Below are positions 18,391-27,825 of a stretch of DNA of 64,000 bases, piece by piece. Position 1 is the first letter of the stretch; the number at the start of each line of letters is the position of its first letter. The stretch spans positions 32,001-96,000 of the forward strand of contig CAWAGQ010000013.1 in assembly GCA_963781585.1 (NCBI GenBank). The letters run 5' to 3'. The notes beneath the pieces are model-generated. The model had not been told where the DNA came from. It saw nothing but the letters and a program-made list of their open reading frames with translations, and did no database searches. A program made the position numbers and the translations under genes. This DNA is from an uncultured Gemmatimonadaceae bacterium. Lineage in GTDB: Bacteria > Gemmatimonadota > Gemmatimonadetes > Gemmatimonadales > Gemmatimonadaceae.

Positions 18391-19197
18391 TCAGCGCCCG
18401 GCGCCCTCCGCACGTCCCGAGTCCGTGAAACGCCGGCCCAACCGGAGCCGGAAGAGCGCCCGAAACACGGACCGCGGCAGCCGCAGGAAGACAAGCAGAA
18501 TCAGGCGGTAGCGGAGTCCCGGCACTACACGAGCAGGGCGACCGCGTCGCATTGCGTCGAGCGACTCGCGCACCACGCGATCGGCGTTCATCCACATCCA
18601 GGCCGGGATGCGCCGCTTGTCCGAGCCCATGCGCTGATGAAACTCGGTGTGCGTGTATCCGGGGCAGAGGGCCTGCACGTACACGCCCGTCCCGTCCAGC
18701 TCGACCGCGAGCGCCTCGGTGTAGACCCGCAGGTATGCCTTGGTCGCCGCGTAGTTGATGTTGCCCGGCGCTGTGAGAAACGATGCCACGGAAGACACAT
18801 TGATGATGGCGCCATGCCCACGCGACAGCATCCCCTGCACGGCGGCATGCGTTAGGCGGTGCGCCGCCAGCACGTGGACGCGCACCATGTCGTCCTGCGG
18901 CTTGCGCGGCATGCGCGCCAGTCGGCCGGAGAGGCCGAAGCCGGCGTTGTTGACCAGGACGTCCAGCGGCAGCGCGTCGATCCGCTCCACCACACGGCTC
19001 ACGTCGTCATCCACTGACAGGTCGGCGGGCAGGACGTCGACGCGATGCGCGTGACGCGACGAGAGCTCGGCGGCCGCTGCCTGGAGGCGCTGAACGTCGC
19101 GCGCCGCGAGCACGAGGTCGAAGCCGCTCGCCGCGAGCTGCTCGGCGAACTCCCGGCCAAGGCCGGAGCTGGCTCCGGTGATGAGGGCAAGCGGCAT
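18391..19197 (-). CDS. Short-chain dehydrogenase/reductase (DltE-like)
   Basis: ITGASSGLG, LVNNAGFG, YAATK, LCPGYT. Confidence 0.92.
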   Translation of the reverse strand: MPLALITGASSGLGREFAEQLAASGFDLVLAARDVQRLQAAAAELSSRHAHRVDVLPADLSVDDDVSRVVERIDALPLDVLVNNAGFGLSGRLARMPRKPQDDMVRVHVLAAHRLTHAAVQGMLSRGHGAIINVSSVASFLTAPGNINYAATKAYLRVYTEALAVELDGTGVYVQALCPGYTHTEFHQRMGSDKRRIPAWMWMNADRVVRESLDAMRRGRPARVVPGLRYRLILLVFLRLPRSVFRALFRLRLGRRFTDSGRAEGAGR

Positions 19198-19294
19198 GAG
19201 ATGCGAAGGGGGAGGAAGGCGGATCGGTGGCTGTCTGTACCCGTGGGAAGATGCGTTGCGAATGCGCCAACGCGAGGCCGGCTTGGTTCCCGGG

Positions 19295-19376
19295 AGCGGC
19301 GCGGAGAATTCGACTCTGACTCCATCTTTCCTCCGAAGCGGCGCGCAGAATTCGACTCTGACCCCACTTTTCCTCC
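19295..19376. repeat. Tandem 40-bp direct repeat (42-bp period), REP-like
   Basis: AGCGGCGCGGAGAATTCGACTCTGACTCCATCTTTCCTCC / AGCGGCGCGCAGAATTCGACTCTGACCCCACTTTTCCTCC. Confidence 0.8.
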
Positions 19377-19405
19377 CGCCTACTATATCCGGGCGCTATC
19401 TTCGA

Positions 19406-19423
19406 TTGTGAAATCATTCACAT
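19406..19423. promoter_or_regulatory. Rex-type (also CRP-like) operator upstream of etfB
   Basis: TTGTGAA-ATCA-TTCACAT matches TTGTGAA-N4-TTCACAA at 13/14 positions and ends 9 nt before the ATG. Confidence 0.65.
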
Positions 19424-19432
19424 ACTGAACCC

Positions 19433-20191
19433 ATGCCCGTGAAGATCGCGGTCTGCATCAAACGCGTCCCCGAAATGGACGTGAAATTCCGAATCGCGGA
19501 CTCCGGACTCGACGTCGACCAGACCGGCCTCAAGTACGACATGGGCGACTTCGACGGCTATGCCGTCGAGTTCGCGCTGCAGCAGATCGAGAAGCAGGGC
19601 GGTGGCGAGGTCGTCGTCGTCTCGTTAGGTGCGCACTCGGTGCAGGAGACGCTGCGGAAGGCCCTCAGCATGGGCGCCACGCGCGCCGTCCACCTGCGGT
19701 GCGAGTCGGTCCCGGTGGACAGCATGGCGGTGGCCGAGGCGCTGGCGGCCGAGCTCAAGGGCGGGGAATTCGATCTGATTCTCTTCGGACGGATGTCGCA
19801 GGATACCGCTAACGGCGCGGTGGGACTTATGGTCGCGGAACTGCTCGACCTCCCCGCGGTCCATGCCTGCTCGAAGCTCGATCTTGGGGACGGTCGCGGT
19901 ACCGCCCGACGCGAGCTCGAGGGAGGCGCCGAGATGGTGGAATTCCCGCTTCCCGCCGTGCTTACCATAGACGAAGGCATCGCCCGTCCCAGGTATCCGT
20001 CGCTCAAGGGGATCATGGCGGCGAAGAAGAAACCGCTCGACGTGAAACCCGCGCAACTGGGGGCCGAACGGCTCGCCGTGGTGCGCATGGAGCTTCCGCC
20101 CGAGCGGAAGGCCGGACGCATTATTGGTGAGGGTGCGGCCGCCGTGCCGGAACTCGTGCGGCTCCTTCGCACCGAAGCGAAGGTGCTGTGA
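19433..20191 (+). CDS. etfB: Electron transfer flavoprotein beta subunit
   Basis: KIAVCIKRVP, ALSMGA, PRYPSLKGIMAAKKK. Confidence 0.95.
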   Translation: MPVKIAVCIKRVPEMDVKFRIADSGLDVDQTGLKYDMGDFDGYAVEFALQQIEKQGGGEVVVVSLGAHSVQETLRKALSMGATRAVHLRCESVPVDSMAVAEALAAELKGGEFDLILFGRMSQDTANGAVGLMVAELLDLPAVHACSKLDLGDGRGTARRELEGGAEMVEFPLPAVLTIDEGIARPRYPSLKGIMAAKKKPLDVKPAQLGAERLAVVRMELPPERKAGRIIGEGAAAVPELVRLLRTEAKVL

Positions 20192-21180
20192 TGGGAAACA
20201 TCCTCGCGTTCGCGGAGACACGCGACGGTACGCTTCGCAACGTCGCCTTGGAGACGGTGTCGGCAGCGCACGCGCTCGCACAACGGGCGGGAGGCGAGGT
20301 GCACGCCATCCTGGCGGGTGCCTCGGCGATGAGCCCCATTGCGCCGCGACTCGGCGAGTACGGCGCGGAGACGGTGTTCGTGACCGAGGCCGCGGCGTTC
20401 GCCAGGTACAATCCCGAAGCGACGGCGTCGCTGGTGGCGGAGCGCGCCAGCTCCGGCGGTTACCGCGCCGTGATCTTCGCTGCGTCCGCCCAGGGCAGGG
20501 ATCTCGCCCCTCGGGTCGCCGCGAAGCTCCGCGTCCCGCTGGCCGCCGACGTTCTCTCCATCGCGATGGACGCCGACGCGATCGCGGTAACCCACTTTGC
20601 CTACGCCGGCAAGGTGGTGGCAACCCTTCGACTGTCGGCCGAACCAGCCGTCATTTCCGTGCGCCCGGGAACGCTGCCGCCAACGAAAGCGGCCGGTGCG
20701 GGTCGCGTGGAATCGGCGTCACCGGTTGGCGATCCGTCCGCGGCGCGGGTCGTGGTCACCGAGACGATTCTCGGCGATTCGCGAAAGCTCGACCTGGCGG
20801 ATGCGCCGGTGATCGTGAGTGGCGGACGGGGACTCCGGGCCGCCGAGAACTTTCAGCTGGTCGAGGCGCTCGCCGCAGCATTCGGGAACGCGGCGGTCGG
20901 GGCCACGCGCGCGGTGACGGACGAAGGATGGCGTCCGCACAGCGATCAGATCGGACAGACCGGACGCCAGGTGAGTCCCGACCTGTACGTGGCCCTTGGT
21001 ATTTCCGGCGCCATTCAGCACCTGGCCGGCATGAAGACATCGAAGACGATCGTCGCCATCAACAAGGATCGTGAGGCGCCGATCTTCAAGATCGCGGACT
21101 ACGGGATCGTGGGTGACGTGTTCGACGTGGTGCCCGCACTCACCACCGCCGTGCAGGAGGCAAGGAAGCACGGGGCATGA
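20191..21180 (+). CDS. etfA: Electron transfer flavoprotein alpha subunit
   Basis: VSGGRG, QIGQTG, GISGAIQHLAGM, INKD.EAPIF. TGATG coupling to etfB. Confidence 0.95.
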   Translation: MGNILAFAETRDGTLRNVALETVSAAHALAQRAGGEVHAILAGASAMSPIAPRLGEYGAETVFVTEAAAFARYNPEATASLVAERASSGGYRAVIFAASAQGRDLAPRVAAKLRVPLAADVLSIAMDADAIAVTHFAYAGKVVATLRLSAEPAVISVRPGTLPPTKAAGAGRVESASPVGDPSAARVVVTETILGDSRKLDLADAPVIVSGGRGLRAAENFQLVEALAAAFGNAAVGATRAVTDEGWRPHSDQIGQTGRQVSPDLYVALGISGAIQHLAGMKTSKTIVAINKDREAPIFKIADYGIVGDVFDVVPALTTAVQEARKHGA

Positions 21181-23267
21181 CCACGCAGAACATCGTCTTC
21201 GCGCTTGTCCTCGCCGTGGCAGCCGCCACGTTCTCGTTCAGCGTGCAGCGGCTGTATCGCTTCCTCCGGCTGGGCGTCGACACGAGCCGCGCCGATGAGC
21301 CCCTGCGACGCCTGTGGAATGTGTTCTCGATCGGCATCGCGCAGCGCAAAATCCTGCGGGACCGCGTGGCGGGTCCGCTCCACGCGCTCGTCTTCTGGGG
21401 ATTCATCGTGCTCACCGCCGGAAGCGCCGAGATACTGGTGCGCGGTGTGGTCCCGGCGTTCTCATACGAAAGCCTCGTCCCCGGACCACTCTACGGCGCG
21501 TTTCTCTTCTCCCAGGAGATCTTCGCCCTCTTCGTCCTGGTCGCCGTCGCCGTATTGCTGTACCGGCGGATCGTGGTAAGGCCACCGCGGCTGCAGGGTG
21601 ACAACGTACATAGCGGCGACGCCATTCTCATTCTGTCGATGATCGCCGTGCTGATGATCACGCTGTTCCTCATGGCGGCCTTCGATCGCAACCTGGGCGC
21701 GGCCCGCGCCCCGGCCGTGCAGCCGGTGTCCACGCCCATGGCCATGGCATTGGCGTGGATGTCGCCCGCCGCGGCGCGGGCCGGTCACGACGTGAGCTGG
21801 TGGATGCACGCCACCGTTATCCTGATCTTCCTGAACTATCTGCCGTATTCGAAACACCTCCACATCATCGTCGCCCTGCCGAACACCTGGCTCTCGAACA
21901 CCAGCGGTCCGGGGGTCATCGGCGCCATGCGGCCGATGGACCTTGAGCGCGAGGACGCGACGTTCGGCGCCGAGGACGTCACCCAGCTCACCTGGAAGAA
22001 CCTCCTCGATGGGTATGCGTGCACCGAGTGCGGGCGCTGCACCGCGGCGTGTCCGGCGAGCATCACGGGCAAGCCCCTCTCCCCGCGCAAGATCGTCATC
22101 AACACACGGCAGAGGTTGATGGAGCTGGCACCTGTCCTGCTCGGCGACCGGGATCCGGCGGCGGCTTCGTTCCTGGGCACTCCCGGGCCGAACGAGGCCG
22201 ACGCAGCGGAACTGCGCGGTCACCGCCTGCTCGATCACTACATCAGCGAAGAGGAGCTGTGGGCGTGCACGTCCTGTCGCGCGTGTGTGCAGGAATGTCC
22301 GGTGTCCATCGATCAGCTGGAAATCATCAACGAACTCCGCCGCAGCCTGGTCCTCTCGGAGTCGCGCTTCCCCGAGGAAGTGCTCCCCGCGTTCGAATCG
22401 CTCGAGCGCAATGGGTCCCCCTGGGCGTTCCAGCGCGACGACCGCGCCCAATGGGCCGAGGGCCTCGGCATTCCCACCATGGCCGACCTGGCCGCGCGGG
22501 GCGAGCGCCCCGAGGTACTGTTCTGGGTGGGCTGCATGGGATCGTTCGACGACCGGGCGAAGAAGATCGCGGTGGCATTCGCGCGGATCCTCCAGGCCGC
22601 CGGCGTCCGATTCGCAATCCTCGGACGGGAGGAGAGCTGTCACGGCGATCCGGCGCGCCGCATGGGGAACGAGTATCTCTACCAGATCCTCGCGAAACAG
22701 GCGATCGAGACCCTGGATCGGTACGCCGTCACCACGATCGTTACCAGCTGCCCGCACTGCTTCCACCAGATGGCGCGGGAATTTCCGCAGCTCGGCGGTC
22801 ACTACGAGGTCATCCACCACTCGACCTATATCGCGCTGCTCCTCCAGCAGGGTCGCGTTCCCCTCGACAACGACGAGAACGAGCGGCTCACCATCGCCTA
22901 TCACGACAGCTGCTACCTCGGACGGTACAACGGGATCTACGATTCCCCCCGCGAGACCCTGCGCCGGGCGCTCCCGATCGTGACCCTCTCCGAGCCGGCC
23001 CGCTCGCGCGATCGCGGCCTCTGCTGCGGGGCCGGCGGCGGTCGGATGTTCATGGAGGAGCGGGTCGGAAAGCGCATCAACGTCGAGCGCACCGAGGAGC
23101 TGCTCCAGACGGGAGCCGACGCGCTGGCGGTGGCCTGCCCGTTCTGCATGACCATGATTTCCGATGGAGCCGCGGCACTCGGCAGCGATACGCCGGTTCT
23201 GGACGTAGCCGAGGTAGTGGCACAGCGGCTCTCCGGCACCCTGGTGACCCCGCAGGCGCGAGGCTAG
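21177..23267 (+). CDS. fadF: Membrane Fe-S oxidoreductase, FadF/EtfD-like (HdrD/GlpC CCG domains)
   Basis: N-terminal TM helices, CTECGRCTAACP, CTSCRACVQECP, YHDSCYLGR, CCGAGGG, ACPFC. Confidence 0.85.
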   Translation: MTTQNIVFALVLAVAAATFSFSVQRLYRFLRLGVDTSRADEPLRRLWNVFSIGIAQRKILRDRVAGPLHALVFWGFIVLTAGSAEILVRGVVPAFSYESLVPGPLYGAFLFSQEIFALFVLVAVAVLLYRRIVVRPPRLQGDNVHSGDAILILSMIAVLMITLFLMAAFDRNLGAARAPAVQPVSTPMAMALAWMSPAAARAGHDVSWWMHATVILIFLNYLPYSKHLHIIVALPNTWLSNTSGPGVIGAMRPMDLEREDATFGAEDVTQLTWKNLLDGYACTECGRCTAACPASITGKPLSPRKIVINTRQRLMELAPVLLGDRDPAAASFLGTPGPNEADAAELRGHRLLDHYISEEELWACTSCRACVQECPVSIDQLEIINELRRSLVLSESRFPEEVLPAFESLERNGSPWAFQRDDRAQWAEGLGIPTMADLAARGERPEVLFWVGCMGSFDDRAKKIAVAFARILQAAGVRFAILGREESCHGDPARRMGNEYLYQILAKQAIETLDRYAVTTIVTSCPHCFHQMAREFPQLGGHYEVIHHSTYIALLLQQGRVPLDNDENERLTIAYHDSCYLGRYNGIYDSPRETLRRALPIVTLSEPARSRDRGLCCGAGGGRMFMEERVGKRINVERTEELLQTGADALAVACPFCMTMISDGAAALGSDTPVLDVAEVVAQRLSGTLVTPQARG

Positions 23268-23443
23268 CCATCACGCGTCGGCTTCGTTCCGGTTTGGCGG
23301 AGAGGTACGGATGCGGGGGAGACCACCGGTGCGGACGAGCCTGGCACGTTGCCATCGCTCGACGTGAAAGACAATTTGCAGTACCCACGCAGCGCGGCGG
23401 GTACCGCCGCGCCGACCTGCTGACGGGATCAGGAGAAACAGCA

Positions 23444-23884
23444 ATGCGTCATGCTAGAGCCGCCTCCCCTCTGGGCCTGTTCGCCCTGCTCGTCGCCGCC
23501 GTGGCCATCGCGGCCTGCGGTGGCGGAAGTGAGCAGGCAACGCCGAGCGCTGACAGTGCGGTCGCTGCCGCGCCCCCACCTCCACCCGAGTCCTTCGCTG
23601 TGACGGGGAAGGACGACTCGTGGACGGTTGATATCACCCCGGCCAACATCGTGTGGCACAAGGTGAAGGGCCGGAAGGACTCGATCGTCTTCGATTTCAA
23701 GGCGCCCACGATCGACGGCGCCATTCACGAGTACGAGTCGATCCTGACCGCGCCGGATACGCACACGATCCACGTCACCCTCTCCATGGTGCCCTGCGCG
23801 GACAACAGCAAGAAGGAATACACGCACCAGGCGCAGGTGTGGGTGGATCGCGTCGCGTACAGCGGCTGTGCGGTGAAGAAGTAG
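23444..23884 (+). CDS. COG3650-like lipoprotein
   Basis: AGGAG RBS, lipobox IAAC, C-terminal PCAD....Y...A.V......YSGCA. Confidence 0.65.
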   Translation: MRHARAASPLGLFALLVAAVAIAACGGGSEQATPSADSAVAAAPPPPPESFAVTGKDDSWTVDITPANIVWHKVKGRKDSIVFDFKAPTIDGAIHEYESILTAPDTHTIHVTLSMVPCADNSKKEYTHQAQVWVDRVAYSGCAVKK

Positions 23885-23890
23885 CGCTGT

Positions 23891-25141
23891 TCAGAGCGCA
23901 AACGACTCGGCGAGTTCCGCGTCGTCACTCACCAGCAGCGCGTTCAGCCGATCGCCCGCTTCTGATCGCGGGCGATCGTCGGGGACGATCAGCAGGGCAT
24001 TGGCGCGCGCCATCGACGTGAGGATCGCAGAGCCCTGAGGGCCCGTGAGGCGCGCACCAAGGGCACCGTCGTCGCGCACGTGCACCACCGCTCGCAGGAA
24101 GTGAGTGAGCCGTGCGCCGATCGCGACGGGTTCCTCCAGTACGACCGGGACCGGTCGTCGGAAGAGACGCGCGTGTCCCAGCATCCGGCGAATCACGGGC
24201 CTCACGAACAGCTCGAACGTCACCATTGCCGAGACGGGGTTTCCCGGCAGGCCGACCCACGGAATGGCGCCGAGCGTGCCGAAGCCCAGTGGGGCACCGG
24301 GACGCATCCGCACCCGCCAGAACCGGATCTCCGCACCAAGGGATTGCAGCACGTCGCGCGTGTAGTCGAATTCCCCCACCGACGCGCCGGCCGACGTCAC
24401 CAGCAGATCCGCGCCGGCCGATCGCTGCAGCATCGCGCGCAGGGCCTCGGGCGCATCCGCGGAGTTGCCGAGGTTGATCGGCGTCCCGCCGGCCTGCCTC
24501 ACGAGGGCGCTCAACGAATAGCTGTTCGAGGCCAGGACCTTCTTCCCGTCCAGCACCTCATGAAAGCGGTCCAGGTCCACCAGCTCATCGCCTGACCCGG
24601 CGATGGCCACCACCGGTCGCCGGTGGACCTCGACTGCGGCGTACCCAAGGCTGGCCAGCACGCCGATCTGTGCCGGCGCCAGGGGCGTTCCGGCAGGCAG
24701 CACCAACTCGCCTTCGCGAAAATCTTCGCCACGCGGGCGAATGTTGCGGTGCCGATCGCGGTCGTTGCGAATGACTACCCGCTCGGTGCCGCCGTCGGTG
24801 TCTTCGACCCTGATCACGCTGTCGGCGTCCTGGGGAAGCGGGGCCCCGGTCATGATGCGGGTCGCCTCGCCGGCCCCCACGGCAACGCTCGGGAAGTCTC
24901 CCGCCGCCACGGTCTCCACCACGCGCAACGTCAGCGGGTGCGACGCGGTGGCACCCGCCACATCGCTCCCCCGCACGGCATAGCCGTCCATCGCGGAGTT
25001 GTCCCACTGCGGTAGCGTGTACGAGGCCGACGCCGGGGCAGCGAGCACCCGGCCCAGCGCGTCGAGCAGCGGTACGCGCTCGGTGAGCAGCGGGCGGATT
25101 CCGGCCAGAATCTGGCGGCTGGCTTCGGGGACGCTGAGCAT
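23891..25141 (-). CDS. moeA: Molybdopterin molybdotransferase
   Basis: NSAMDGYAV, IMTGAPLP, GDEL, GLPGNPVS. Confidence 0.95.
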   Translation of the reverse strand: MLSVPEASRQILAGIRPLLTERVPLLDALGRVLAAPASASYTLPQWDNSAMDGYAVRGSDVAGATASHPLTLRVVETVAAGDFPSVAVGAGEATRIMTGAPLPQDADSVIRVEDTDGGTERVVIRNDRDRHRNIRPRGEDFREGELVLPAGTPLAPAQIGVLASLGYAAVEVHRRPVVAIAGSGDELVDLDRFHEVLDGKKVLASNSYSLSALVRQAGGTPINLGNSADAPEALRAMLQRSAGADLLVTSAGASVGEFDYTRDVLQSLGAEIRFWRVRMRPGAPLGFGTLGAIPWVGLPGNPVSAMVTFELFVRPVIRRMLGHARLFRRPVPVVLEEPVAIGARLTHFLRAVVHVRDDGALGARLTGPQGSAILTSMARANALLIVPDDRPRSEAGDRLNALLVSDDAELAESFAL

Positions 25142-26688
25142 CAGGGGCGACCGAGTCGCATGCGGGTGAGTCGCGCGGCGATTGAGTCCTGCACCGCAGT
25201 GACCAGGGTTGGCGGGACCGTCCAGTTGTTGCTCAGCATGCTGAAGATGAGCCGGTGCCCGTCTGCGGTGGTGGTGTAGCCCGAGAGTGAACGCACCATG
25301 TCGAGCGAGCCGGTCTTGGCGTGCACGACGCCTTCGGCTGCGGTCCCCCGCATGCGCGTGGCGATGGTGCCATCCACCCCCGCCACCGGCAACGCGTCGT
25401 AGAACGCCGCGAAGGCGGTGTCGCGGCGGATGGCGGCCAGCGCGCGGACGATCGTCTCCGGCGTGACAAGGTCGTGGCGGGACAGTCCGCTGCCGTCCCG
25501 CATCACGAAGCCGTCGGGCGCGGCGCCCCACTCGAGGAGCTGGCGCCGGACCACCGCGGCGCCACTGTCGGCGCGGCCGACGCCGGCTACCGACCTGCCT
25601 AACGTCTTGAGCAGAATCTCGGCGATCTGGTTCTGCGACGGCTTGAGAAACGGGGGCAGAATCTCACGCAAGGGTGGCGAGAGAACCGAGAACAGCGGAT
25701 AGGCGTCGCCGGCAGTCGGCGCCCGCACCAGTGGCATGTCCCCCGACCCCATCGAGTCCGCGACTGGAGCCGGGACCGTCCGTTCGCGGACCCGGCTTCG
25801 GACGTTCCCGTCGACCGCGATGCCGCGTTCGGTCAGGGCCTCACGCAGCGCGGTGAGATAGGCGGCCACGTTGTCGCGGTAGGTGATCGTCGCGGTCGCG
25901 CTGTCGCGCGGCGCCACCTCGCCGCTGGCAATGATGGCCCCTGGGTCGGTGGAGTCCTGGGTAACGCGCAGCTGACTCGGGCGGCTCGAGTCGGGCGGCG
26001 CCGTCACGACGCTGCTGCGGACGCGCGGGTAGGTGTGCGAGGGAGCCGTGGTGACGATCGCCGGGTCTCCGACGGCGGCGCCGCCGTGCGCCACCACGCG
26101 CGTGAATCCTTCATTGAAGTAGAGCTCGTCGACCCCCGCCCCGTAGGCCGCGTCGAGATCGTCCCAGTCCCATCCATAACCGAGCGACGCGTCAGGAAAC
26201 GCGTCGATCCCCGTCGCCAGATCGCCCGTGATGCGGACGATGCCTCGCGACGCCAGCGAGTCGGCCAATTCGCGCATACCTGACATGGCGTCGCCGCGCA
26301 TATGGTCGCTGATGCTCGGATCGCCCGTCCCGAACACCACCAGATCGCCGTTGATGACGCCATCAGCCGGCGCGGCTGTTGTCCCGACCGTGGTCGAGAA
26401 CCGGAACGCCGGTCCCAGCAGATGGAGCGCCACCGTGCTGGTGAGGATCTTCTGATTCGACGCGGGCATGAAGAGCTTCCCGGCGTTGCGCGAGTACAGC
26501 GTGTCGCCGCGGTCCGGCTCGACGATGAGAATGCCCCACTCCGCATTTCGGAATCGCGCGTCGGTGACGAGGGAGTCGATCGCGGCGGTGAGGGCCGCGA
26601 CCGCCGGCACCGGACGGCTCCGCACCGCCACCCGGCCGGTGGCACAGGCGGCGATCGCGATTCCCAGCGCCGGCCACGCACGCCGCAT
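25141..26688 (-). CDS. dacB: D-Ala-D-Ala carboxypeptidase/endopeptidase PBP4 (S13)
   Basis: PASNQK (SxxK), SQN, DGSGLSR, AKTGS. Confidence 0.92.
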   Translation of the reverse strand: MRRAWPALGIAIAACATGRVAVRSRPVPAVAALTAAIDSLVTDARFRNAEWGILIVEPDRGDTLYSRNAGKLFMPASNQKILTSTVALHLLGPAFRFSTTVGTTAAPADGVINGDLVVFGTGDPSISDHMRGDAMSGMRELADSLASRGIVRITGDLATGIDAFPDASLGYGWDWDDLDAAYGAGVDELYFNEGFTRVVAHGGAAVGDPAIVTTAPSHTYPRVRSSVVTAPPDSSRPSQLRVTQDSTDPGAIIASGEVAPRDSATATITYRDNVAAYLTALREALTERGIAVDGNVRSRVRERTVPAPVADSMGSGDMPLVRAPTAGDAYPLFSVLSPPLREILPPFLKPSQNQIAEILLKTLGRSVAGVGRADSGAAVVRRQLLEWGAAPDGFVMRDGSGLSRHDLVTPETIVRALAAIRRDTAFAAFYDALPVAGVDGTIATRMRGTAAEGVVHAKTGSLDMVRSLSGYTTTADGHRLIFSMLSNNWTVPPTLVTAVQDSIAARLTRMRLGRP

Positions 26689-26690
26689 GC

Positions 26691-27218
26691 CTAACGCCCC
26701 ATGATGTCGCGCTCCACCAGCGACGCCAGCTCGTCGAGCCAATCGCCGGAATCGAGCCGGAGAATCGGGAGCGGCGCCGCGAACGTCGCGTCGTCGGTGA
26801 CCACCGCACGGTAGTACGCCGCCGCCTCGGATTCCGGGAGCCAGAGCGGCCGCGGGTGCACCGCGCGTCGGTGGATCTCGATCTTCGGCAGGGCGGACGA
26901 CTTGAATCCTTCGCACAGCACCACGTCGGCATCGCTCATGTACGACCTCGCAACCTCCTCGGCGTCCCGCTCGTCGCTCCAGCGCATCACCAGCGCGAAC
27001 TTGTCCGGCGCGACCATTGCCACCCGTTCGGCGTTTCCCTCGTGGAAATGCCGGTAGGTGTCGGTGGTCGCCGGGTCGATGTTGAAGGTGTGCGTGCCGT
27101 GCTTGATCGTCATCACCCGATGTCCCCGACGATGCAACTCGGCCGCCAGCTTCACCAGCAGCGTCGTCTTGCCGCTGTTCTTACGTCCGATGATCGACAC
27201 CATCGGGGGTCGTCGCAT
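26691..27218 (-). CDS. mobB: Molybdopterin-guanine dinucleotide biosynthesis protein B
   Basis: GRKNSGKTTL P-loop, IKH, EGFK...PKIE. Confidence 0.9.
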   Translation of the reverse strand: MRRPPMVSIIGRKNSGKTTLLVKLAAELHRRGHRVMTIKHGTHTFNIDPATTDTYRHFHEGNAERVAMVAPDKFALVMRWSDERDAEEVARSYMSDADVVLCEGFKSSALPKIEIHRRAVHPRPLWLPESEAAAYYRAVVTDDATFAAPLPILRLDSGDWLDELASLVERDIMGR

Positions 27219-27822
27219 GCGCCTCCGCCCGGACCAGCTCGTCCGGGGTGTTCACGTTCATGAACAGCCACTCGGGATCGCCGAAAGCTGCCACCTGCGC
27301 CCACCGAAGGCGAGCGACGCGTACCGCGTCGAAGAAGCCGACCACACGCCGGTCGCCGGCCGTGACACACCGCTCGATCGCCGGCCGGCACGACGGGGCG
27401 TACCAGGCGCAGAGCGGTTCGACCCCGCGCCGCGAGCCGCTCTCCGGAACGGCCGCGTCGGCCCCGGCGCCGAGTTCCCGCAACCGACGCAGCAGCCCGG
27501 AAGGCACGAACGGCATGTCCCACGCCACCACCAGCACTGAACCGGGCGCGTGCGTCAGCGCCGCGTGAATGCCTCCCAGGCCGCCCACCCCGGCCAGTAC
27601 GTCACCCGCATGCCTAACGCCGGGAAGCCACGTTCCGGCGGCCGGGTCGTTGGCCACCAGCAGCAGGTCGTCGGTCGCCTCGCGCAGGGCGTCTGCCACC
27701 CGATCGATGATGCGCCGGCCTCCCACCCGCTCCAGTCCCTTCGGAAGTCCGCCGTATCGGGATGCCGCGCCGCCCGCCAGCACCACGCCGGTGCAGGGCA
27801 CTGTCTCGCCGCTCGGCGCCAC
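27181..27822 (-). CDS. mobA: Molybdenum cofactor guanylyltransferase
   Basis: VLAGGAASRYGG.PK, GGLGGIHAAL, AWDMPF, FMNVNTP. Confidence 0.9.
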   Translation of the reverse strand: MAPSGETVPCTGVVLAGGAASRYGGLPKGLERVGGRRIIDRVADALREATDDLLLVANDPAAGTWLPGVRHAGDVLAGVGGLGGIHAALTHAPGSVLVVAWDMPFVPSGLLRRLRELGAGADAAVPESGSRRGVEPLCAWYAPSCRPAIERCVTAGDRRVVGFFDAVRVARLRWAQVAAFGDPEWLFMNVNTPDELVRAEAHATTPDGVDHRT

Positions 27823-27825
27823 CGC

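Noticed and set aside
19295..19376. Mini CRISPR array
   Set aside because: Only two units, a 2-nt spacer and no cas genes.
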